Below, piece by piece: positions 17,917 through 27,849 of a stretch of DNA of 50,181 nucleotides (positions are counted from its first letter, which is position 1; each line of letters starts with the position of its first letter). The stretch is taken from positions 1 through 50,181 of IMG/VR virus record IMGVR_UViG_3300044980_000168; one strand, written 5' to 3'. Origin of the DNA: a virus. Its lineage: Duplodnaviria; Caudoviricetes. Below the pieces are notes generated by a model, which saw nothing but the letters and a program-made list of their open reading frames with translations, did not search any database and was not told the DNA's origin. The translations under genes were made by a program, and so were the position numbers.

Positions 17917-19643
17917 TAGGAGGACGGCACGAACCCGGCCGCTGCTTTCTTCTCAGGCACGCCGTTCAACCTATCCAGCTGTTGCTGCAAGTCTGCACGC
18001 GTGGCTGCAAGACGGGTCTTGTTACCTCCCGAGAGGTTCTCATACGAGAGGATGCTGTTCGGATCGTGAGGTAGCTGGTCTCGAATGAGCTTCTGCTCGG
18101 CTTCGCTTGGAGCTCGATTCCCACCCGTCTCGGCTCGAGACATGGCGTTCACAGCGCTGGCGGTGTGTGACTCCCCCGCCGCGGTCTGCCTCGCATCGAA
18201 GGAGGGATGCTCCATGATGCCACTGATGGCGTCGATATGATCCAAGGCCTCCTGCAAAGAAGCTTTCTTCTTGTCGACGTCCGTCTTCTCTTTTTCCTTC
18301 ACGTTTAGACGGCTGTCCCCCGAAGCCACGGTGTCCTTGCCGGTGTTCGGCACGGCTTGATGATAGAACTCATTGAGCTCCTTCGCGCTTGCATCGGGAT
18401 GAAGTTCCATGATCTTGGACATGATCTCGGGATGGAACTTCTCGCCGGCAGCTGCGCCGTTTGCTCTCGCGGCCAGTTGCGCGGCCTGACGCGCGTCGAG
18501 GTCGGCTTGCGTTTGGGTGGCGTTCACCAACATCCCGCCATTCGTGATGGCCATCTGGCTGCCTGTCTTGTGGAGCTCCTTCTCGAAGTCCTCCGCCTGG
18601 GCGCTCAGCATCATTGAACGCGTTGCCGAGACGGCCGCATCGTGGCTGCCCGTCGCCTGCAAGTTCATCGAGTACAAGTTACGCGCTTCGGCTCCGTGAG
18701 CTTTTGCCGTCTCGTAATCCTGTCGCTGCGCGGCGATATCGTTGTTTATGTTCCGGTTCATCTGCTCGACGACGGGGTTGGGTCCATGATCCTTCAAGAG
18801 GCCTTGGCTTGCGGCGCTGAGACCCGCTGCCAGGATGTAAAGGCCTCTATGCACGGTATCCATGCTGTTGACATAGCGGTTCGGATCCATCCGGAAGTTC
18901 GCTTCGGTATCCGAAAGGCGCTGCAGATGTTCCAAGCCGCCCTTCGACTCCTTGAGGGCGTTGTCGGCGTCGTCTCGGGCTTCTGCAGCTTGCTGCGTCT
19001 TCAACTCTCCGCGCTTGCCATACAACTCGGCCTGCGTGTTCTCACCTACGGCCTGGGTGTGCGCGCCCGCAGCCTGGATCTCTTCCCGGTCGTGCAAGTC
19101 ATCCTGGATGGCTTGGTCGTACTTCGAGGGTTTGTAGGCAGCTGCTCCAGATGCGCCGGCTTTGGCGAGGGCTGACTGTTTCGGAGCCTCTGGGGCGGGC
19201 GGTGCCGTTGCATCGAAAGTTTTAGGGGCGTACTGAGTGTTTCCGACTGCTGCATCTTGAGACCCCGGAAGGGTCATCCCGCCACCGATCTGAAGACCCT
19301 GCTGCATAGGCGGAGCGGTTGCGCCTGCTACTCCTTGGGGTCCTAGTTCTTTGCCTGAAGGCAGAGACATACCACCACCAATCTGCAAACCCGGCGAAGC
19401 AGGTGGAGGGGAAGCACCTGCTACAAGCTGCAGCTTATAGGGTTGATCGGCAGGCGGGCTGTAACCCGGAAGAAGCGCGGACGTGGCCGGAGCGTCGGGC
19501 GGAGGTACTGCAGCCACGGCCGCCGCAACTTGCGACGCATAAACGGGATCGGTCGCGGGCGGCGGTGAGGGCGGCCCGATGTTTCCCGTAAAGGGCTGAT
19601 CGGCAGCCTGATCATACCCAGGGGGAAGGTCTGCAAGGCCCAT
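17916..19643 (-). CDS. Internal virion / ejection protein
   Basis: Pro-rich N-terminus with GLQIGGGM.LP repeats, hydrophobic segment, coiled coil; TAATG coupling. Confidence 0.65.
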   Translation of the reverse strand: MGLADLPPGYDQAADQPFTGNIGPPSPPPATDPVYASQVAAAVAAVPPPDAPATSALLPGYSPPADQPYKLQLVAGASPPPASPGLQIGGGMSLPSGKELGPQGVAGATAPPMQQGLQIGGGMTLPGSQDAAVGNTQYAPKTFDATAPPAPEAPKQSALAKAGASGAAAYKPSKYDQAIQDDLHDREEIQAAGAHTQAVGENTQAELYGKRGELKTQQAAEARDDADNALKESKGGLEHLQRLSDTEANFRMDPNRYVNSMDTVHRGLYILAAGLSAASQGLLKDHGPNPVVEQMNRNINNDIAAQRQDYETAKAHGAEARNLYSMNLQATGSHDAAVSATRSMMLSAQAEDFEKELHKTGSQMAITNGGMLVNATQTQADLDARQAAQLAARANGAAAGEKFHPEIMSKIMELHPDASAKELNEFYHQAVPNTGKDTVASGDSRLNVKEKEKTDVDKKKASLQEALDHIDAISGIMEHPSFDARQTAAGESHTASAVNAMSRAETGGNRAPSEAEQKLIRDQLPHDPNSILSYENLSGGNKTRLAATRADLQQQLDRLNGVPEKKAAAGFVPSS

Positions 19644-20425
19644 TACTGCTGACCCATCCCTCGCCTCACGGCTGCCAGCATCTGCATTTGCTCAGGTGTC
19701 ATCGGGGGCTGTGCGGGTGGTGGCGCTGCGACCGCCTGAGGAGGGGCCACGCCGGCCGGGGCTTGAGCTTGCGCGACCGTGTTCGAAAGCGACGGCATCA
19801 TCGGGCGGCCCGATGTGTCCGGAAGTGCTCCCGCGTAGGGGCTACCGGCTGGAGCTCGAACTTCCCGCATGGAGGGGTCGTTCGAAAACGCCGCGGGTGG
19901 TGCGCCCGTGAAGCCAGGAGCGTCGGCTTCGCCGGCTTCCGCCACGGGGGGCTTCACGCCGGGGGGTGACTGAGGTTCGGGCGCCGGGAAAGACCGGCGC
20001 ATGCTCTGCATGGGGCGAGCGACACCTTTCACTTCACCTGTCCCCGCCATTCGTGCCTGAGCCGCACGAACCCTATCTCCGAAACTTCCTTCGCCGTTCG
20101 CATCGCCCATGATGTTCCTCGTCGTTCCCATGTCTCGAGCTGCCTGGGGCGCCGAGACGGCTTGTTTGACGCCCTCAGAGTACGGCATCGCAGCGGAAAT
20201 GTCCCTGCCGACCCAGTCTTGATGTTGTCTGCCGTACACTGTTCGAGGGTCGGTCGGGAGCTCTTCCCCACCCTTCACCTGACTCCACGCCACATCCCGC
20301 ATGTCCCGAGGAGAATTGGCCGTCAGACCTTCAAGCTTTCGCCCGGACTGACCCTGGACAAGAGGCATCGAACCCGGCACGCCTCGGATGGTATCTTTGC
20401 CTTTTTTTAGGAGCTCGTCGGGCAT
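19643..20425 (-). CDS. Pro-rich hypothetical protein in ejection cluster
   Basis: TAATG-coupled ORF. Confidence 0.6.
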   Translation of the reverse strand: MPDELLKKGKDTIRGVPGSMPLVQGQSGRKLEGLTANSPRDMRDVAWSQVKGGEELPTDPRTVYGRQHQDWVGRDISAAMPYSEGVKQAVSAPQAARDMGTTRNIMGDANGEGSFGDRVRAAQARMAGTGEVKGVARPMQSMRRSFPAPEPQSPPGVKPPVAEAGEADAPGFTGAPPAAFSNDPSMREVRAPAGSPYAGALPDTSGRPMMPSLSNTVAQAQAPAGVAPPQAVAAPPPAQPPMTPEQMQMLAAVRRGMGQQ

Positions 20426-20428
20426 GTC

Positions 20429-21346
20429 TTATACCATTTTGAAAAATGTGGAAGCAACACCGCCAGCTACCCCTAGCTCCTGGTCTTGCTGTTGTTCTCC
20501 AATAGCTTGCTCTTTTTGAGCAATGTTTTGCAGGTTATTCATCTGCTGACCAGCACCGTAAATCGCGTTCTCTTCGAGATTCTGTTCGTTCGCGCTTTGA
20601 CCGTACAAACCCAGCGCCTGCTGTTGATTTGCTTGCTGCTGTTGCTGCAAAAGAGCAGCTTGCTGCTGGGCAGCCGTATTTTGAGTTTGAGCTTGCGCCA
20701 TATTCACGGCGCCTTGTCCTGCCAAGGTCGACCCGAGTCCACCCTGCGCCGTTCCGACCTGCTGCTGACGAGCAGCTGCACCCGCAGCCCCGGCTTGAGC
20801 AAGGTTGCCTGAAGCCGCCGCGAGGTTCTGACCCATCGAGCCGCCACGAGCCCCCGCGCCGGACATCGCTTGCGTGATGGCGCTGTCCTGCCCTTGCTGC
20901 GCCACAGCACGACCCACATTAGGGCCTCCTCCATTGGCGACGTTTTGCAAGGATTGCTCGAGTTTTCCATACTGCTGTCCAGTCTGAGCCAGCTGCTGAC
21001 GAGATTGATAACCGGTCGGGTTCTGACTGAATGTGTTGAATCCAGGCTGCCCTCCTGAAAGGGCTTGGTTGCCCTCTTGAAAAAGAGCGCCTGCTTGTTG
21101 ATTCGCAGTAGCCGCAGCGGTCGCATAAGGATCAGCTTGAATTCCGCCATACCCGTTGGAATTCAGAGTAGGCGACAGAGAGGCCGCAAGACCGCCTCCC
21201 ATATATCCATTTTCGGTTGCTGCTTGCTGAGCCTGAGCTGCTTTCTCGCCGGCTTGCATAGCTGCAGCTTGTGTAGCCTGTGCGGGTGTTTCTCCACCTG
21301 AACCCGCGCCCGGATCGGTGTAGTAAAGCCCTGTGGGTTGGGTCAT
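20429..21346 (-). CDS. Gln/Ala/Gly-rich DNA pilot/ejection protein
   Basis: Q-rich helical body with hydrophobic C-terminal LGVAGGVAST; position after the tail nozzle. Confidence 0.7.
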   Translation of the reverse strand: MTQPTGLYYTDPGAGSGGETPAQATQAAAMQAGEKAAQAQQAATENGYMGGGLAASLSPTLNSNGYGGIQADPYATAAATANQQAGALFQEGNQALSGGQPGFNTFSQNPTGYQSRQQLAQTGQQYGKLEQSLQNVANGGGPNVGRAVAQQGQDSAITQAMSGAGARGGSMGQNLAAASGNLAQAGAAGAAARQQQVGTAQGGLGSTLAGQGAVNMAQAQTQNTAAQQQAALLQQQQQANQQQALGLYGQSANEQNLEENAIYGAGQQMNNLQNIAQKEQAIGEQQQDQELGVAGGVASTFFKMV

Positions 21347-22293
21347 TAGCCGCCTCCAAAGTCGCTGGTGTCACCCGTGAAGTCGCTCGTGTTTCCCTCC
21401 GCGCCAGGGGGAGGCACAGTCGGGTTGGAGCTAATGGCGTTCGCGGGAGGCGCCTGAGTGGAAGCCAAACCGTTATACATCTGCGCTCCAGCACCCACAG
21501 CAGCACCACCCGCACCCAACACGGTACCTTGGATGAGCGCGTTCTGCGCGTTCTGCTGGATCTGCCCCTGCTGGAAGATACCAGCGCCTGCGTTTTCGAT
21601 GTTCGAGTTGTTAGATCCGGCGGTCAAATACTGCTGTTGCTCGGTGTTCGAAAGGTTTCCGAACCCGAGCTGTCCTGCATTGTTGATCTGATTCTGCTGT
21701 TCTCTCAACTGGGCATCATTGATGCTTTGCTGTGTATTCTGAGCATAGTTCTGGTTCTGCAAGCCGCCTTGCTGGCTGAGTACATTGGCTAGCTGCTGTT
21801 GTGCCTGTGCTTGCGCGTTTGCGGCGACCTGAGATCCGCCCGCGACGGATGCGCTCTTCGCGATGGCGTTCTGTTGCTGAGCCTGACGTCGGTCCCCAGC
21901 CGCCGCAATCGGATTGGCGCCAGAAGAATTTGCGAGCGCCGTAGTTGCAGCCGCCCCTTGTCCCACACCCGCTTGATATTGCTGCTCGGCCGCGGAATCG
22001 TTCCCATTTGCTGCTGTCTTCTGCAACGATCCTACAAGGCTGTTCTGCTGGGAGTTGACATTATTGAACGCGCTCTGCTGCTGCGGCGCGAAAGGATTCT
22101 GAATCTGAGGCGCAGCGTTTTGCTGCGCAGCACCCGCCAGGTTCTGATACTGGTTCGCTGCAACTTCATTGGTTTGTTGGGCCTGCGTTGTGGGTGCGGT
22201 GGAGTTTCCATTCATGCCAACATAGAACATATCTCCAAAATCGGAATTATAGACTGCCGAAGGGTCAAATGCTTCACCTGCGATTCCGGGCAT
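21346..22293 (-). CDS. Gln/Asn-rich DNA pilot/ejection protein
   Basis: Q/N/A-rich with GTVLGAGGAAVGAG segment. Confidence 0.7.
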   Translation of the reverse strand: MPGIAGEAFDPSAVYNSDFGDMFYVGMNGNSTAPTTQAQQTNEVAANQYQNLAGAAQQNAAPQIQNPFAPQQQSAFNNVNSQQNSLVGSLQKTAANGNDSAAEQQYQAGVGQGAAATTALANSSGANPIAAAGDRRQAQQQNAIAKSASVAGGSQVAANAQAQAQQQLANVLSQQGGLQNQNYAQNTQQSINDAQLREQQNQINNAGQLGFGNLSNTEQQQYLTAGSNNSNIENAGAGIFQQGQIQQNAQNALIQGTVLGAGGAAVGAGAQMYNGLASTQAPPANAISSNPTVPPPGAEGNTSDFTGDTSDFGGG

Positions 22294-22295
22294 GG

Positions 22296-25200
22296 CTAAC
22301 CCCTCCCTCCGACCGGCACCTGTCGATAGTTGCTCTCGAGCGCTTCTAGCTCGATGTTTGCTTCCACGAACGTGGCGCCCTTGCCTGTAACCATATTGGT
22401 CCCCTGGCTATCGCTGAAAGTGACCTGAATCGCTGCGGTTCGGTTGTACATGCCGGCTACGTGTAGCTGTAGCATGCTCCGAGGCAAAGAATCGACCTCC
22501 GCGCTATTCCAGAAGTTCGTTTGGACAACGCTCGTGTTGTAATCGATGGCGAACGAGATGGTCAGTCCACAGTCGTCGTTTTCCTTGAAATACAGCTGTG
22601 TGAAACAAGCTCTCTGATAGCCCTGCACGCCCTGCACTTTCACCCACGCGGTCGTCACGGGGGCCGTAATGAAATGCTTTCCTCCTGACGTGTCGTCATC
22701 CAGCCACGGATAACCTCCACCACTGGAGGGTGTGTCCGTCGCAACGTGCTCGAGCCAGAGGGCCCCGTCCGTCGTTACGGAAGCGTAAGCCGCCGCGTGG
22801 CTTGCGGTACCAGTGGCGATCGTCACATCTGCCACGGGTGCGGCTTGGGATGGGTAAGTGTGTTGAAGCCACTTGTCTACGAGATAGTCGTAGCAAAGTA
22901 CCACGGTCGCCGTCATCGCGGTGTTTGCACATACAAAGCGCACCTGGGTTGCGGTCGGTACAATGCAAGAACTGATAATGTTTGGGTAGGACGCCAGCAT
23001 GTCCACCACGTCATCGCCTACCCATGAGACGTTCAACGAACGGTCGCAGAGCATGATGCCGGTTTCGCTGCGGAAGAGAATACCTCCAGGAAAAACCTGT
23101 CCTGCTCGCCAGTCCAAAGGCCCGGCATCCGATGCGATGAACTGAGGCACTGTGAGAGAAGAGCCCGTGCCGTTCTCTTCGGGTCCGTCCCCATAGACCA
23201 CCCAAAGACCTCCGGCCTGCCCGATGATGAGCTTGTCATCGAGGGAGTAGATCGCAGTGATCGGACCTCCCTGTCCGATGGCGAGTGTTAGAGCTTCGTT
23301 GAACCTGGGCTCTTCGCCTTCAACGAAGGCGGTCGTGAACCAGATAGTCGTCTGGGTCTCGTCGACAATCCACAGGCGGTTATTGTGAATTGTGGAGCAT
23401 GTCGCACTCGGGGGATTTACCCCGTCCAGAATGTCCCCTGTAGTATAGAGCACCGTGGAGTTTTGAATCGCCGTATCTGGTACGGTATCGGTATATCCGG
23501 CAACCCCAGCTACCAGTTGAGACCCTGGGATCTTGGTGACCAGGTAATACGTACTCCCGCCGCTGAGCGTGCGGTAGATCTCGATCTGCGTCTGTCCTGG
23601 GTTCTGATAGTCGAAGTAAGACGTGCCGAGTGCATTGATGAAAAGCTGAGGCGCTGCCGTCGAACCAGGAGACCAGTTGGTGCTGTTGTTTGCATAGATA
23701 TCGGGAGCGCTTCTGGCGATGTGACCTGACGAATCCGTCCGTGTGTAACACACAGCCCAACCATAGACGCCCGTGAGCACGTTCGAAGATCCGGCCGATG
23801 GAGCAGGCACGAACAAGAACTCGGGATACGTAAAAAATCCGTGCTCGAACGTGTTCAATCCATCACAGACCATAGGCACCCCACCGGCCAGGTGGAGAGC
23901 TCCTGCAATGTCGAAAGAGTTATACAAAAGGGACTGATGCCCGGGATCAAAGAAGAAATCTGTCACCCAAGCGGGTCCGAAGCCCTGACCTACCCCGGGG
24001 CTTGTCGTAGCAAGTGTCTTCACCCCTACTGCAAAACGAAGACTTCCAGGGGCCGTCTGGCTCATGCTCGGAAGACTCTGCATCCCGACCGTGTCTGCGA
24101 ACGTGGGATCTACCTGCCTGGGTGCGACCGTAGCCACAGGCACAGGGTACTGAGCCACGCCGATGTTCTGATAGGACATCAGGTACATCGTGCATTGCTC
24201 GCTTGTGACCTGACTCGAGCCACCCGTTAGAAGGTTATTGTTATACCCGAGCTGAGTACACGTTGCCTGATATACGGACGTACCGCTTCCTACTGTGAAC
24301 GCCTTGGATACAGGCCAATATCCTGGAAGTTGTCCAAAGGCCTCGATCGTGAAACTCGTACCTGGACGAAGAATGCCGTAGGTGGTGACGGGCATCGTGC
24401 CTGCATTGGCGTTGCCGCTGGGTTGGTTCAAGAACCAATAGCTTGCAAAGAATGTCCCCGCTGACATGCGGCATAATCCGGATGCGAAACTTTGTACGGT
24501 GCTGGGTCCTTTCAACACCTGCCCCGACACGACTGATGTGAAAGCGTATCCGGGAGCGCCAGAAACGGCCGAATATCGAAGCTCATAGTTCGGCGTGCTG
24601 AAATATGGGTAAACGAAGACGAGTTGCTCTCCTGCTCCGTAGTTCGCAATCACAAGGGCAGTCGTATTGGAAACGTTGCCAAACAACGACTCGAGAGAGT
24701 TGGTCGAAACGACTACCCAACCAGGCTTGTAATATGTGAACTGTACGAAGTACGACCCAGACGTCTGCTGTGTGAGGACGATGAACCCGAACTGAGGGTC
24801 GTTCGCGAAAGGCATGATATCGGCGATGTATGAGGATTGAGGCCCCATGCTCTGGCCGATGAAACCGCCCGTAGACGTGAACGTGAAGCCGTACAACTGA
24901 GAAGGAGACCCCGTAACCTGAATCATCACCGCCACACACGAGGCGGCGGGAGCTCCGGGCAGAAAGATGGCCCAGATGCTTGCGGCCTCCTGTTGAATCA
25001 TCTGGGCGGGGGTGACCAGCGTGTCCCCCGTATCCGCGTTGATGACCGTGAACCACGTAGCGCCTTGGCTGGCATAGAAGATAAAACGGTTGAAGGTCGC
25101 ACCTGTCGGAACGTCCACAATCGTCGGGGTCGAACCAATCAGCGCGCCTGAAGGTTGTCCTGAGGGAACGCCTCGCCGGGTAACGTAGGGGTTCGGAAGA

Positions 25201-25571
25201 GGTCCGATAGGGAGGATGTTCTGGTTCGTGGCTGGCGGCACATCCAGCGCCGTCCAAAGGCCTGCATTCCCACTCGTGTCCAGGCCTGCAGCTCCCAGAG
25301 CCCCCTTGGACCAAGAGACAGCTCGGATACCTTGGGATAGGTTTGCCAGAAGAGGCTGACCCCCTACGACCTGCCTCGCACCCCCTGGCGCCACTTGAGA
25401 GCCCGTGGAAATGAGGCCCATCCCGAAGCGTCGCTCAGCCGAACCCTTCTTCTTGAAGTTTCGGTTGATGATGTTGCTCGCGCCGGAAGACGGATCTGTC
25501 CACTCGGAGCTCTCTTGCTGCTTGTACCCCTGAGCGAAGGGGAGCGGGACGGTCGTGCGCTCGCCCATCAA
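22296..25571 (-). CDS. Tail nozzle / stabilisation protein (tail tubular B, P22 gp10-like)
   Basis: 1091 aa beta-rich; HNNRLW, IWFT, GPITAI, VLCYDY..DKW propeller-like motifs; podovirus gene order. Confidence 0.75.
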   Translation of the reverse strand: MMGERTTVPLPFAQGYKQQESSEWTDPSSGASNIINRNFKKKGSAERRFGMGLISTGSQVAPGGARQVVGGQPLLANLSQGIRAVSWSKGALGAAGLDTSGNAGLWTALDVPPATNQNILPIGPLPNPYVTRRGVPSGQPSGALIGSTPTIVDVPTGATFNRFIFYASQGATWFTVINADTGDTLVTPAQMIQQEAASIWAIFLPGAPAASCVAVMIQVTGSPSQLYGFTFTSTGGFIGQSMGPQSSYIADIMPFANDPQFGFIVLTQQTSGSYFVQFTYYKPGWVVVSTNSLESLFGNVSNTTALVIANYGAGEQLVFVYPYFSTPNYELRYSAVSGAPGYAFTSVVSGQVLKGPSTVQSFASGLCRMSAGTFFASYWFLNQPSGNANAGTMPVTTYGILRPGTSFTIEAFGQLPGYWPVSKAFTVGSGTSVYQATCTQLGYNNNLLTGGSSQVTSEQCTMYLMSYQNIGVAQYPVPVATVAPRQVDPTFADTVGMQSLPSMSQTAPGSLRFAVGVKTLATTSPGVGQGFGPAWVTDFFFDPGHQSLLYNSFDIAGALHLAGGVPMVCDGLNTFEHGFFTYPEFLFVPAPSAGSSNVLTGVYGWAVCYTRTDSSGHIARSAPDIYANNSTNWSPGSTAAPQLFINALGTSYFDYQNPGQTQIEIYRTLSGGSTYYLVTKIPGSQLVAGVAGYTDTVPDTAIQNSTVLYTTGDILDGVNPPSATCSTIHNNRLWIVDETQTTIWFTTAFVEGEEPRFNEALTLAIGQGGPITAIYSLDDKLIIGQAGGLWVVYGDGPEENGTGSSLTVPQFIASDAGPLDWRAGQVFPGGILFRSETGIMLCDRSLNVSWVGDDVVDMLASYPNIISSCIVPTATQVRFVCANTAMTATVVLCYDYLVDKWLQHTYPSQAAPVADVTIATGTASHAAAYASVTTDGALWLEHVATDTPSSGGGYPWLDDDTSGGKHFITAPVTTAWVKVQGVQGYQRACFTQLYFKENDDCGLTISFAIDYNTSVVQTNFWNSAEVDSLPRSMLQLHVAGMYNRTAAIQVTFSDSQGTNMVTGKGATFVEANIELEALESNYRQVPVGGRG

Positions 25572-26062
25572 AACACCCAGAGGTCGGCGTAACCCGTGAA
25601 ATTCGGGGTGACCGTGATCTGGAAGGTATCCAGGACGTTCTGCGCATTGAGGGGTCGAGAGACCTGTGTTCGCAACGCAATGGAGCTACCGCTTCCGGGT
25701 GTTCCACAAGGACGTTGCACAGCAATGGACCCGGGTGCGGATTGACCCAGGAGAAAACACGAGGTGTATGCGCGACCTAGTTGGTGCGAGATGACCGCAG
25801 GTGTGCCAGACGTGAACGGGATGTTCATGATGAGGTTGCCGTCCAGCAAGGGATTCGAGCGTGCGGCGCGCGAAGCATCCGCCACGCGCTGCTGCAGAGA
25901 ATCCAGCTGCCGATCGCTCGTCTGCTCCCGTCCTTGTGCCGCACCGTTCAGCAGCACCACAGGCGGCGGGATTACCCTGCGCCGACCACGATTGTTCACA
26001 CCTCCAAGGGATGGGACCCCTAGGTTAGAAGGCGTGAAAATCTTGACGGGCGTACGAGACAT
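25568..26062 (-). CDS. Tail-associated structural protein
   Basis: Coiled coil, then ISHQLGRAY...ADLWVF (H-type lectin-like small domain pattern); coupled. Confidence 0.6.
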   Translation of the reverse strand: MSRTPVKIFTPSNLGVPSLGGVNNRGRRRVIPPPVVLLNGAAQGREQTSDRQLDSLQQRVADASRAARSNPLLDGNLIMNIPFTSGTPAVISHQLGRAYTSCFLLGQSAPGSIAVQRPCGTPGSGSSIALRTQVSRPLNAQNVLDTFQITVTPNFTGYADLWVF

Positions 26063-26226
26063 TACTTCCTCGGCGGAGGCGGAACTTTATCTCCGGCAGC
26101 CCTGGCCTTGGACATATTGATGGCCGTTTCCTGCGCTTCAGCTTTTGCTCTAGTGGGGTGCTTGCCGAGCACACGCTTGCCGTCGCTCGTGAAAAGAACG
26201 TATTTGTTGTGGATGCGCTCAATCAC
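26062..26226 (-). CDS. Small basic phage protein (54 aa), not in the ORF track
   Basis: GGAGG RBS, GTG start, MIERIHNKYVLFTSDGKRVLGKHPTRAKAEAQETAINMSK...; TAATG-coupled to the next gene. Confidence 0.7.
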   Translation of the reverse strand: MIERIHNKYVLFTSDGKRVLGKHPTRAKAEAQETAINMSKARAAGDKVPPPPRK

Positions 26227-26260
26227 GGGAACCTCCCTTTGTGTTCATTGTCTTCAGGAC

Positions 26261-26707
26261 ATGCGACACACGATGCTGATGGGGATGCTGGTGCTGGTGA
26301 CGGGTTGTGGTGGAGGATCTGCCTCCACGCTGGTTTTCGACCCGCCCGATTCGGGTACCGACGCCGGAGAAACCTCGGATTCGGCAGAGAAATCCGATGC
26401 GTCGGCCGAGTTGGATGCAGCTGTTGTGGATGCCAGTATGTTGGATGCCGGCCGTGATGCCGGACATGCGGAAGATGCTGGAGTTGACGCATGTCCGAAC
26501 GTGAACGTCGCTTGTGGAAAGTGCGTTCATGGTGGAAACGGAAACGACGGATGTGGATCCGGTTCTACCAGCTGGATTTGTGACGAAGACACGCCGATTG
26601 CTTCGGCGTGCATGTGGACCTTTCCCAGTAGCCACGAATACGGCTGGGTATGCTGTCCGGACGTCGTATTCCCGAACTGCGAGATGTGCTTTTCGAGCCA
26701 TCCCTAA
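26261..26707 (+). CDS. Myxobacterial-type Cys-rich lipoprotein (moron-like, antisense to late operon)
   Basis: MRHTMLMGMLVLVTG-C lipobox, DAG/DAS acidic linker, C-terminal domain with 9 Cys. Confidence 0.75.
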   Translation: MRHTMLMGMLVLVTGCGGGSASTLVFDPPDSGTDAGETSDSAEKSDASAELDAAVVDASMLDAGRDAGHAEDAGVDACPNVNVACGKCVHGGNGNDGCGSGSTSWICDEDTPIASACMWTFPSSHEYGWVCCPDVVFPNCEMCFSSHP

Positions 26708-27408
26708 AACCCGAAGTTCCACTGGCCAAATCCGTATGCCTCATCCTCATGGACGCCTTCCTGGCCTCCGTCGAGGTTCGCTGCAGCATGCCCGATCCGG
26801 ATCTCTTCCTTCATCTGGAGCTCTTGCAGCTTCGCAACGAGATCCAACTGCCCGTCCTTCAACGCCATCCGAATAGCCGCGCCGAGAACGACGTATTCTT
26901 CCCAGCCGTTCACGCTGTTGAGGAAGTCTTTGTTCGGCTGGGAGAGAACTGGCGCAGTCGGAATGTAGTTCACCTGGACGGAGTAGCCTCCAGTCGGGAT
27001 GGGGATGAAGTTGATGTTCGTCCCTTGCTGCTGGTACCAGATCTGCTGGAAACCAGGCGACCATCCTACGAAAGGCAGGAGGGTGAACATTCCTCGTTGC
27101 TCTTCCTGGTACTTCTTGATGGGAATGGGCTGCGTTGCCCCAGCAAGGAAGAGATCGACGGAGATGATCTGCCCGTTGTTCGGTGCCAGCGGATAGAGAG
27201 ACTGGTTGTTCACCGTGGTGATAGGCCATGGAGCCCTGGCAATCTGGCCGGCGAAGGTCGTGATCTTGATGAGATCCCACCACGCCGAGATGGCCGTGTT
27301 GATCTCGTCAGTTACCTCCGAGTCCGGAATGAACGCGGAGGCGCCTTCCAAGTTGCTCCGCCGCCTCGCACGGAGCATGAGCTGCGCCAGCGAGACAGGC
27401 GTAGCCAT
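26704..27408 (-). CDS. Head-tail adaptor (tail tubular A / P22 gp4-like)
   Basis: SLAQLMLRARRRS...VTDEIN...Y.L...IPIP..GYSVQVNYIP...WEEYVVLGAA pattern; position after the capsid genes. Confidence 0.75.
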   Translation of the reverse strand: MATPVSLAQLMLRARRRSNLEGASAFIPDSEVTDEINTAISAWWDLIKITTFAGQIARAPWPITTVNNQSLYPLAPNNGQIISVDLFLAGATQPIPIKKYQEEQRGMFTLLPFVGWSPGFQQIWYQQQGTNINFIPIPTGGYSVQVNYIPTAPVLSQPNKDFLNSVNGWEEYVVLGAAIRMALKDGQLDLVAKLQELQMKEEIRIGHAAANLDGGQEGVHEDEAYGFGQWNFGF

Positions 27409-27411
27409 GGC

Positions 27412-27822
27412 TTACAGCCTCAGCCCTTGATGTCTTTCGCCGTCCTCATCACTCTCGTGACCTTCGCCATCACGACCTTCGCTGTAGCCGTCGCGCTCAC
27501 GGTCTCCGTCCGTCTCGTCCTCTTCGTCGGGCGAATGCTTGTGGAGCTCCATCGCTGCATGCATGGACTTGGCGAAGTGTTCATGGTCGCCTCGGTGCAA
27601 GCCCTTCGAGGCCTCCACCAGGGCGCTATGGATGTGAGCCTTGTGCTCTTCGGCGGTTGGAGCTTCCTCGTCGTGCTCCTCATGTTCGCCATCCGAGCCC
27701 TCGAGCTCATCGTCCTCGGGCTCTCCATGCTCGTCGTCATGGTCGGCTCGACCCTTCGGGCCGCCCATGCCCATGATGATGGCTAGACCTGGAACCTTCT
27801 TCTTTGAGTTCTTCTCTTCCAT
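27412..27822 (-). CDS. Acidic His-rich low-complexity protein
   Basis: AGAGGA RBS; E/D/H-rich. Confidence 0.7.
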   Translation of the reverse strand: MEEKNSKKKVPGLAIIMGMGGPKGRADHDDEHGEPEDDELEGSDGEHEEHDEEAPTAEEHKAHIHSALVEASKGLHRGDHEHFAKSMHAAMELHKHSPDEEDETDGDRERDGYSEGRDGEGHESDEDGERHQGLRL

Positions 27823-27849
27823 GACGTCCTCTTTCTCAGTGCGTCAGGG

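Noticed and set aside
26650-27786. 378-aa + strand ORF and other long antisense ORFs (e.g. 15761-16741, 28366-29226)
   Set aside because: Antisense shadows of GC-rich - strand genes, with no motifs.
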